A stretch of DNA of 63,846 nt, counting the filler, from Octopus bimaculoides (lineage: Eukaryota): the NCBI RefSeq assembly GCF_001194135.2. It is 4 parts of 4 records of this genome, joined end to end, with 100 filler letters (N's around TTAATTAATTAA, not from the genome) between each part and the next. Parts side by side here need not be neighbours in the genome. Positions count along the whole stretch, not along the records: positions 1 to 17,395 come from NC_068994.1; positions 17,496 to 37,833 come from NC_068988.1; 2 more parts are not named here. One strand, 5' to 3'. Within the stretch, counting starts at the first letter, position 1. Each line of letters begins with the position of its first letter. Both the position numbers and the translations under genes were made by a program. This document shows, piece by piece, positions 12,013 through 21,545 of this stretch. The notes under the pieces are model-generated. The model was given only the letters and a program-made list of their open reading frames with translations, did no database searches and was not told the origin of the DNA.

Positions 12013-14208
12013 TTATCCGGCTGTTGTTCTCATAGCAGAAGATTTCCGACGAGACTTACCACAGCAGAGACCAATAGTTAAATTCCAAAATGCCGTACGG
12101 AATGTTGTGTTATACATAGCGTAAATGAGCGGGTTTAAGGTAGAGTTAAAATAACCCAACCACGTAATAATTGAAAATAATGTAGGGGTGATGTTACATG
12201 TCGTGCAAAATACATCAATAACATATACTAAGAAAAATGGCAACCAGCAAATGATGAAACATCCCACAACAATGGCTAACGTTTTGGCTGTTTTTCTTTC
12301 TTTCATGTAAAAACTCCGCTCAACTTTCTGTTGGCGCATATTACTTGTGTCGTGGTTTAATGTTCGATTGAAGCGATGAATATGGCCGATTTTGTATCTT
12401 GTAGAGGCATTCCTTGATAATTGGTCATTAGATGCAGACATTGAAGACTGGCATCCAATGGAATATTTGCTGGAGGGTGTGTGGGGTCGGTAAAGTCTTG
12501 TGTAATTGTGTTCCTTCTCTGAGAGTCGGACTTGATCGCTGTTTGGGTTTACATTCTCTTCGTTGTTTAGTTTGTTATTACAAACTGTCCTATCTTTTTT
12601 GGTGTTATAAGAAGGCGCAGGGTTTAATTCTGATGTGTATAAAGTATTGGTCTTTGTAGAACCAACGGATTTACATTTCTGTTCAGCTCTGTTTGCTTTC
12701 TGAAAAGTGACAGCATCAGCGTCTGCTTTTCTAGAATGATGTCTTTTCGAAAAATATTTGTCCACTCGATAAGATACGTCGGCACCAATATCAGAATCTC
12801 TTGTGTTCTTACCATGCACCGTCTCTTCTGAATTATCGTCAATGAACTCCAACAGTGGCGTGACAGCAGATGGATGGCTGACTCGCTCATTATATAATTC
12901 AATTTGAAAATGGTGTTTTTCATAATCTTCTGAGCTATTTGATAATTCCGGCTTATCGTTTTGACATGTCGGATTTATTGTTATATTTTCACTGACAACT
13001 TTCATGTCGGTAGGCCTTCGTATGGGCTTCGTTTCCCGCGTTGCTTTCATTGTTCTCAAATGGTTATTTACAGATGAACTGTTTCGTTCGCTATGACCAA
13101 CCGAAAACGTTTTGTTACTGATGTTGTTTTTCGAAGGAGACGTTTCGCTTTTATGTTCCGCTTTGAACGAAGAATTTGATCGGATATGTTTTGTTGTTGT
13201 TGCTTCGGTTGTCGGAGACATATTTTCAGAATTGTCACTATCGCATCGTTTCTGTCGGCTGCTGAAAAAACTACGCCAATAAGGACGCAGACGTTTCTCT
13301 CTCTTGCGAGCAACGTGATAAATACGTGCATATACAAACAACATTACAAAAAGAGGTATAAAGAACGATCCAGAGGCTGAATATATGATATAACCAGGGT
13401 CACGAGTCAGTGCACATCCGTTAGCTAAATCCCGACCTTCTTCTTTCCAACCAAGTATTGGAGGACAAGTTATTATGGCAGCCAGTCCCCATGCGACCCC
13501 GACCATGAAAATAGCCAGACGTTTGCTTCGTCGAGTTGAGTAAAGTAATGGCTTGGTTATAGCAAAGTAGCGGTCGAGACTGATGCAACACAAATTAAGT
13601 ATAGAAGCGGTACACAAGAGAACATCGCAGGAAACCCACAGATCGCAAAGTAAACCACTAAACAACCACTGACCAGTTACTTCAACAGTAATATTTAGCG
13701 GAAGAACCAATATTGAAACCAGAAGATCGGCTGATGCCAAAGAGACTACAAAACAGTTGGTGACTGTTCGCAGTCTGCGATATTTCCACACTGCTAGAAT
13801 TATAAGGACATTGCCTATAACGGCACTAAGAGCAATTGTACCTAAAACGAAAGATACCAAACACTGTTCCCAGAATTGCCTTTCTAGTTCTACATGAATG
13901 CCTGGTAGTTCTGAAGAACTGGTAGAAAATTCAGTAAATCCATCGCAGTCGGGTGAGTATATATAAAATTCCTCGGAAAGAGTTTGATTCAAGGATATGT
14001 TACAAAGAAAGCTTTCGTCGTTTGAATTTATTAAGCGAAGGTCATCGTGGACGAGTGATGTGTTATTTTCTCGGTTGTTGAACTGAGAAACGCTCGTGTT
14101 CAGAACGTCGTTTTGCTGTGATTCTTTAGTTATTTGGCGGTACAGATTGTACTGTGCCACGCTTTCATTTGACAATGTAGAATTTTCATTCTTTGCTTTT
14201 TCCACCAT
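12013..14208 (-). CDS. TyrR: Intronless class A aminergic GPCR, type-2 tyramine receptor (TAR2/Tyr2)-like, 731 aa
   Basis: Seven hydrophobic helices; D3.32 in CDVLLCTAS, DRY, SASGSFFIP (TM5 serines), CWLPFF, NPLIY, C-terminal CC. RRLRTVTNCFV, RRSKRLA, ITCPPxLGW and FRxAFWxLT match my recollection of insect TyrR/TAR2. N-terminus has several NxS/T sites. Confidence 0.93.
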   Translation of the reverse strand: MVEKAKNENSTLSNESVAQYNLYRQITKESQQNDVLNTSVSQFNNRENNTSLVHDDLRLINSNDESFLCNISLNQTLSEEFYIYSPDCDGFTEFSTSSSELPGIHVELERQFWEQCLVSFVLGTIALSAVIGNVLIILAVWKYRRLRTVTNCFVVSLASADLLVSILVLPLNITVEVTGQWLFSGLLCDLWVSCDVLLCTASILNLCCISLDRYFAITKPLLYSTRRSKRLAIFMVGVAWGLAAIITCPPILGWKEEGRDLANGCALTRDPGYIIYSASGSFFIPLFVMLFVYARIYHVARKREKRLRPYWRSFFSSRQKRCDSDNSENMSPTTEATTTKHIRSNSSFKAEHKSETSPSKNNISNKTFSVGHSERNSSSVNNHLRTMKATRETKPIRRPTDMKVVSENITINPTCQNDKPELSNSSEDYEKHHFQIELYNERVSHPSAVTPLLEFIDDNSEETVHGKNTRDSDIGADVSYRVDKYFSKRHHSRKADADAVTFQKANRAEQKCKSVGSTKTNTLYTSELNPAPSYNTKKDRTVCNNKLNNEENVNPNSDQVRLSEKEHNYTRLYRPHTPSSKYSIGCQSSMSASNDQLSRNASTRYKIGHIHRFNRTLNHDTSNMRQQKVERSFYMKERKTAKTLAIVVGCFIICWLPFFLVYVIDVFCTTCNITPTLFSIITWLGYFNSTLNPLIYAMYNTTFRTAFWNLTIGLCCGKSRRKSSAMRTTAG

Positions 14209-14230
14209 ATTGCTTTACATCATCTTCCAT
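14186..14230 (-). promoter_or_regulatory. Upstream ORFs at the GPCR start codon
   Basis: Out-of-frame ATG at 14230 encodes MEDDVKQYGGKSKE* and overlaps the main ATG; in-frame ATG-ATG-TAA at 14223-14215. Confidence 0.5.
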
Positions 14231-14447
14231 TCAAAGCTGTTTATTACTCTTTTACTAGTTTCAGCTCGAGAGCTACGGCCATGCTAAGGCACCGCCGTTA
14301 TTATTCAAACCCATAAATTTATCATAGAAGAAAATAAGTCAGTGTCTTAACAACACTAACGTACAGTTACATGTTTTTATTAAATTACATATTGTCGTCT
14401 GCTGTTGGTGTTCATGCCATTGTTGTTGGCTTATGTGTTATTACTCT

Positions 14448-14705
14448 GTAATGATAGTTAAAAGAATAATTCAGGAATGTTTGAATTACATCTTCTTATT
14501 GTCTGCTTTTATTGGCTAATGTATCATTACGCAGTAATAATAACTAAAAGAATGATTCAAGAATGTCTGAATTACACTTTCTCGTCGTCTGCTTTTATTG
14601 GCTAATAAATCATTAGTCAGTAATAATAGTTAAACGAATGATTAGTGAATGATTAGTGAATGTTTTAAATTAGATTTTTCTCGACGTCTGATTTTGTTAG
14701 CTATA
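14448..14705. repeat. About three tandem copies of an 86-bp unit containing a CCAAT box, upstream of the GPCR
   Basis: attggctaat at 14511 and 14597 (86 bp apart), degenerate third copy near 14696; reads attagccaat on the gene strand. Confidence 0.8.
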
Positions 14706-15776
14706 TTTCATAGAAATAATACTTACAAGAAAGACTCAGAAATGTTTAAAATGCATTTTTCTTCTGGTCGTTTGTATTATTACTCAGTAAAGTTGTACCC
14801 TCCCCACCCCCAAATTTTCTTTTTTTTAATACTATTAAATAGACAGTGATAGTTCGACATCTTTCGTACTGCTAAGATGTTATTGTTGATCAGAAATTTT
14901 TAATGGCGAATTTGATAGAAACAAGAACAGCGAGACAAAAAAAAAGTCACTAAAAATTGCAAATGCTGTTTCCGACAATTCATTTGACTCTCTATAANNN
15001 NNNNNNNNNNNNNNNNNNNNNNNNNNNNNNNNNNNNNNNNNNNNNNNNNNNNNNNNNNNNNNNNNNNNNNNNNNNNNNNNNNNNNNNNNNNNNNNNNNNN
15101 NNNNNNNNNNNNNNNNNNNNNNNNNNNNNNNNNNNNNNNNNNNNNNNNNNNTATATATATATATATATATGAAATATTTTTTAAACGTTTGGAAACAAAT
15201 GTAGTTAGTTCCTAATACATTTGATAATACAGATAAATTTCAGTTTTTAACTCCGTAGGTTCATACCATTAAAAATAGAATTGATTCACTAATGTTGATC
15301 TCAGTTCAATTCCTTTCAATTCCACGAGAGCAACGTGGCACTGGAACTTATGTTTCGTACTTGAATGTTTTGAAACGTTTTTTGCTCTTTCGATTTAAGC
15401 ACATTTATCTGCAACAACGAACTTCAAGGTAAGCCAATAGTTTCCTTCCAGAGAGAAGCACAATAAGCAGTGTGATCGACGTTTCTAGAAAATCATTAGA
15501 GTACACGAGCTGGAAATGATTTTACCAAAAGCAACTGTAATGTTGAAACTCAAAGTACATTGGTAAAGCACTGGCGACTCTTGGACGAGTAGTAAAAGTT
15601 CCTGAAAGAAGAACAAAAAAACAAGATGAGATGTACACGTACATACATATGCATGTATGTATGTATGTATGTATGTATGTATGTATGTATGTATGTATGT
15701 ATGTACGTATGTATATACAAAATAATGATATGAGCATAATGAATTCGTAATATAATAATATATAAACACACATAAA

Positions 15777-15986
15777 GGTGGCGAGATGGCAGAGTGGTTG
15801 TCACGCCGATCAAACTGCGCAGCGGCATTTCGTCCTTCTTTCTGGGTACAAAACCCACAGAGGTCGACTTTGTCTTTCATCCCTTCAAGGATCAATAAAA
15901 TAATTACCAGCTGAGCATTGGGATCGATGTAATCGACTTGACCTTCTCCACAAATTGCTGGTCTTATGCCAGAATTTGAAACCATT
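15777..15986 (+). mobile_element. tRNA-derived SINE
   Basis: ggtggcgagatggcagag head through gccagaatttgaaacc tail; homologous to 989-1198. Confidence 0.75.
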
Positions 15987-17170
15987 GTATAAGCATACAT
16001 TTAGTTCTTTTCTCACGTGCAATTCATCCGACCTAGTCTCAAAAATAATACACTTAACACTTGATTATATATATATATATATATNNNNNNNNNNNNNNNN
16101 NNNNNNNNNNNNNNNNNNNNNNNNNNNNNNNNNNNNNNNNNNNNNNNNNNNNNNNNNNNNNNNNNNNNNNNNNNNNNNNNNNNNNNNNNNNNNNNNNNNN
16201 NNNNNNNNNNNNNNNNNNNNNNNNNNNNNNNNNNNNNNNNNNNNNNNNNNNNNNNNNNNNNNNNNNNNNNNNNNNNNNNNNNNNNNNNNNNNNNNNNNNN
16301 NNNNNNNNNNNNNNNNNNNTAAACTCCGATGACAGAGATGTAAGAATATAAGATTTTTTTCTACCCTGATGACGGAGGCTTGTCTCATCCACTGGCAGTT
16401 TTCTCAAACATTTGTAACACATACATATATTGCAATACCTCTTTGCAAATTACCCTTTATATACACGTATATAAGTATATATGTGTGTATACTCACACCA
16501 ACTTATACATACATGTATAATATATATGCATACAAAATATACAAACATTATATACATACATACGTAATTACATATGTATATATATACACACATACATACA
16601 CACACCTACATACATACAAACATACATACATACATACATGCATACATACATACATAATGCATACATTCCTACATATACATTTATGAACATATGTATCAGC
16701 TTGTATACAACAAAATATGTATAGATTTGTGTCTGACAGCATATATACGCTTGTAATATGAGTTTATGTGCATATGCATTATATAACAGTATCTGGGTCT
16801 ACACTTGTGTAGGTTTATAAGTAATTACGTATGCACAAACGCTCATGTATGTATGTATGTGTGCATAAACGCCTTTGCGCTCGTGTGTATGTGGATGCGA
16901 CATTGCGTAGCTCGGAAGGTATGCTACAATGGTTATTAGAAGATATATACAGATAAGCGTGATGCGTTGATATCCTACCATTTTAAGGTGAGAGTGGCTA
17001 GCTTCTTTCAGATACTTGGTCTCAGGATAATTGTACTTCTGGCCTAAACATTATCCAGAAGACTACGTTTGACAATTCACTATTGTTTGAAGATATTCTG
17101 GCCAGGAACTCTTTCCTTCCATTTGATTTCATGTCTTTGAAAATCAAAAAGAGAACGGTAAATATAATCA

Positions 17171-17203
<33 letters not shown>

Positions 17204-17335
17204 TCGGAACTATACACAGAGGAAAACACACACCAAAAAGAAAAAAAAATATACTTATATACACATGCATATTTGTCATACATATACGCATCGACGTGCA
17301 CAGGAAAACATACATATATACGCACATACACATAT

Positions 17336-17395
<60 letters not shown>

Positions 17396-17495
17396 NNNNN
17401 NNNNNNNNNNNNNNNNNNNNNNNNNNNNNNNNNNNNNNNTTAATTAATTAANNNNNNNNNNNNNNNNNNNNNNNNNNNNNNNNNNNNNNNNNNNN
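17396..17495. other. Artificial scaffold-join spacer
   Basis: 44 N + TTAATTAATTAA (stops in all six frames) + 44 N, exactly 100 bp. Confidence 0.95.
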
Positions 17496-17535
<40 letters not shown>

Positions 17536-17712
17536 GCATTTATATACACACTATAAACAAGTTTAGTACTATTATATACATACACTTATATGTGGGTGTG
17601 CGTATACATATATTTGTGTATGTTTGTATGTGTGTGTATATATACATGCATTTATATACACACTATACACATAAATGTAAATATATCATATGTATTAATA
17701 ATAATAATATGG

Positions 17713-17783
17713 GTCTTAATAACTGATGAGATGCCGGAACAGACTTTAGCCCCAGCATCCAAAACTCTGAGTTTTATTATGAC
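17713..17783 (+). ncRNA. Type I hammerhead ribozyme-like motif, probably inactivated (G12>A)
   Basis: Stem I gtcttaataa/ttattatgac (9 of 10 paired), CTGATGA, stem II gatgc/gcatc, AAAA instead of GAAA, stem III ACTC-t-GAGT, GUU site. Confidence 0.6.
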
Positions 17784-17839
17784 AACCAACTAATTGCCAC
17801 ATATTACATTTATATGTATGTATATATTAAACACACACT

Positions 17840-17878
<39 letters not shown>

Positions 17879-17879
<1 letters not shown>

Positions 17880-19345
17880 GGGGAGAATTTACGAAAAAAC
17901 AATAGACGAAGACAGGTGGAGTAAACAACAAATGGATGTATTAGTATAACGCTCAGGAATAGAGAAAGTCTTTAACGTTTCGAGCCTATGCTCTTCAAAT
18001 GAAAGGAACACAGAAAGTAACAAGGAGTGAAAAAAAATATAAATGTAGTGGTCAGTGATCTATAATTTCTATCACAAGAAGAAAAATAAGCGAAAATGAA
18101 CATTAGAAATATAAAAATGTAAAGGCTTTTTATGAAAAGTAATGATAGATATATACAATTAGATGAACTGAGGTAAGAATAAAAGTAATAAAAGTCATTA
18201 TTGTGAATTGTCAAAGTGATTCAAAAGCATACCGGTTTTGTAATGTTACTAATCATTGCTTTGAATGCGCACTGATTACTGAACGGTGTCAGGTCTACTA
18301 GTCTCTGAGTAAAAAGATTATGTGTAAGGGAGGTAAGTAGTTCTGGATTTGGTGCAATTAGGGTAGATCTAGATCTGTAATGTGAATGGTGTATGGGATG
18401 TATGGGAGTTAGTGGTATTAATTGAAAGGTTAGTAGTGTTCTGTATTATGTTATGTATTCATATTTAGTTGTGGAAGATATTTATTGATGAAAGTTGCCT
18501 CTTTATTCATTCTTTGTTGTATTGAGGCGTTCTTTGAACATTGATAGAAGGGAAAAATTAGGAAATTAGGATTAAAATTCCTCGCACACCTTTCTATGTG
18601 TTCACTGACCTGTTGTGGATGGTAGAGTTGTTCTTTGTGGAGAGTGGTTCTTCGACGGTGTGATATTCCTGTTTTGCCAATATAATTATTACCACACCCT
18701 AAGCATGTAATGGGATAGTTTAGATTTTCCGAGGCACAGGTGAAATTTGATTTAATCTTAAATATTTCACCTTGTTTAAAGTGGAACTCTGAACCTTCCA
18801 AGAGGTGGGGGCAAGTACCACAGTTAAATCAACCACATTTTTTCACTTTTGGTTCTGTTGTTAATAGATATAGTCTTGCGCTGGTTAATATGTTTTCCAA
18901 TGATTTAGGTTGCATTTTGCTTTTGATAATTTTGTGTGAGCCTAAAATTTTGTTCATTGTTTTATCTCTTGTGAGGATGGGTAGATTTAGATGATAATGT
19001 TAAAGGCTTCGTTGTTTCTAGAGTTATGTGTGGAGATGTATGGGAGTATTTTCAAGTCTGGTTTAGTATTTCGGTTGACTTCCCGTAATGTTCGTATATC
19101 TATTTCCTTAGCTCGTTTAATTCCATCATTTATTAATGATATTGGGTAATGTCTTTTGATTAGTATTGATCTGAGTTCAAAGAGCCTTCGTTCAAGGAGC
19201 CTTTGTTCACAAGTATAGGTGTCCAGATTCTTTTTGCTAGATTATAAGGTATAACAATTTTTATGTGTTTGGGGTGACATGAGTTGAATAATAGGTACTG
19301 TTTAGAATCTGTAGGTTTATAGAAGATGTCTGTTTCAATGTGGTT
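17879..19345 (-). mobile_element. Penelope-like element, 5'-truncated: RT thumb/linker + GIY-YIG endonuclease + 3' UTR
   Basis: IETDIFYKPTDSKQYLLFNSCHPKH...IPYNLAKRI, then after a frameshift KRHYPISLINDGIKRA and LPYISTHN; ORF 18451-18801 has NLNYPITCLGCGNNYIGKTG (GIY-YIG with CxxC) and EATFINKYLPQLN. Confidence 0.9.
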
Positions 19346-20449
19346 ATTATCCTTGAAAGGTGGGAAGCCCAGAAAGCACTCACTGATCTGAAAAATCCAT
19401 TCATTACTTCTTCAAGAAAGGAGAGCCCAGTATCTGTGTCATAGCTTATTGCTGCTTTCCTTTGCAAATAAGATCATTGCCAGAATCCTATTTAACTATC
19501 TCTGAATCATCTTTGAGAAAAACCTTGCATGAGTGTACTTTGAAAGGAAAAATCAACATCATATTTTGTGCCAGTTAAGTCACGAGAAAAGACTAGAAAA
19601 TCAATGAAACAGAAAGGTGATTCAAAGCTAGGAAGAAATTATATAACACAGAATCTTCTTGAAAAACTTTAAGCCCATAGCTCTGATAGGCTGGCTACGT
19701 ATGCTTTTTGAGTAACAACACATTTTCTCATCAAATTCTTATGGTGAGTTCGGCACCGGAAAAAGAGTACAAGGATGCTTTTTATGACACTACAAAAATC
19801 GATTCAAACATTTTATAAGGAAGACCAACTCAATCTGAAAACTCAAGAACAAGTGGGTTACAAACTCGTGTATCAAACTATCTCAGCTACTGTGGAATTG
19901 CATGTCCTAAAATATCTCTGAAATAAAGAGGACAAAGATGTAAGCATTGTTTATTTGAACAATGCCCATCTCTGTCTGTCAAGTGCAGCTCTGTGCAGAC
20001 ACTTGTTCCATGAGAGAATCACTTATTAGAAATACCAGTGTAACAAATAAGAGAGGGAAAGTGGAAAGAAGTACTTTTCCAGAATATTTAATGAATAACT
20101 GATGATGATCAGTGTCATTGAAATGAAATAGCTTCAACAGAAATGAAACATCATAGTTACAACATGTCAAAGTCCTATCTCAGTATCAAAAAAAGTTAGG
20201 GGCAAAGTTTTCTTTATTATTATTATTGCAGTAACTATAGCCATTATGATTATCATTTTCATACCAGCTCTGTACCAATTCCCAGCATATTTATAACCTT
20301 ACATATTTTTTTACGTGTTTAGGTGTGATTTTCGTTAATTTTGTACCATTCGCCATTATGATTAGAAGCAAGTATCTGTTTCTTAGCATAAATCCATACT
20401 TGGTTTTATATTTTATTATTAGATTTTACATTTCATAAACTATATTTCT

Positions 20450-21545
20450 GGTTTCCATGAAAAACTATAATAAAATATTTCATTTCTGGAGAACCACTTA
20501 TCTTAATTAATAATTTCAATTCTGAGAGCCACAGCTGGACAAGTTGATAAGGTAATATTTCAAGTATTGATGTCTTGCATTTCTGACATAGATAATTTGG
20601 TTATAATATTATTTTAACCAACAAAGGCCACTTAATTTTAAATAGGATCCACTTTATAACCTTTCCTGGTGATCACCAGTGTCAGATAATAAACTTACTA
20701 TAGGCCTATCAAAACTGTAATAAAATACATGATAAATTAAAGTTACACTTTCACTTTTAATAAAGTATCAAGTTGCTGTTTACAAAAGATCAAATGATAA
20801 GAGCGTCAGATTCAAAACTTATAACTATTTTTAATTTATTGAATACTAGCTCAAAATACTCAAGGGTTGTTTGCTACTTAATTATGTGTAAGCTAGATTG
20901 ATGCAGTGACTGCCAGCACAATTAGCTAAATTTTGCTTCAATTTCCAGATGCAAAATGGCTACTGTAAACTACATAAAAATAGATTAAAATGAGAGCTAA
21001 TGAGCTATGCTCACATTTTGGGGTGAGGCTACAAACATGAAAATAGATTTCAGAGATAATTAAAAGCGTGTAAAGATATCTATTAATGCAAGCTGAAAAG
21101 CAAACCAATGTTAATGAAAGACATACAAATTAAAGCATCTGAACATTGGTTTATGTTTTGTGTCGCAAAAAAAAGACTTCACTCTCAGGTAAACGAAAAA
21201 AAAACGTCAGAAATATGTTCTGTAGTTGTAATAACGTGTGTGCACATATGTATATGTGTGTGTGTGTGTATGTGTATGTGTGTGCATATATGTATGTATA
21301 TATCTATATGTTGTAATAATTCATTCAACAGCTTATGTTGCCTATTATGCTGAATTTTAAAAGATTTTGAAAGAAACTTTTTGCAGCAAGATAATATTTA
21401 AATTCATAAGTTTCTAAGACATAGATACTTGAAATCATACTTCATCAACATGGACAGCTGTGGCTCTTGAAGTTGAAATTATTAAGTAAAATGAATGGTT
21501 CTTCAGAAATGAAACACTTTATTATCATTTTCTTCATGGAAAATA
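20450..21545. mobile_element. Old foldback/MITE-like element with about 130-bp degenerate inverted termini
   Basis: About 20455-20585 (tccatgaaaaact...gagagccacagctggac...ttcaagtattgatgtct) is the reverse complement of about 21415-21540, roughly three-quarters identical by eye. Confidence 0.6.

Noticed and set aside
16320-16420. aaactccgatgac and CTGATGA next to a gap, a possible hammerhead
   Set aside because: No GAAA or stem III follows the CTGATGA; the upstream half may be hidden in Ns and cannot be judged.
20696-20716. Possible 16-nt minus-strand microexon (ttattacag...gtaagt)
   Set aside because: It lies inside the inverted-repeat element, is not a multiple of three, and such sites are expected by chance.
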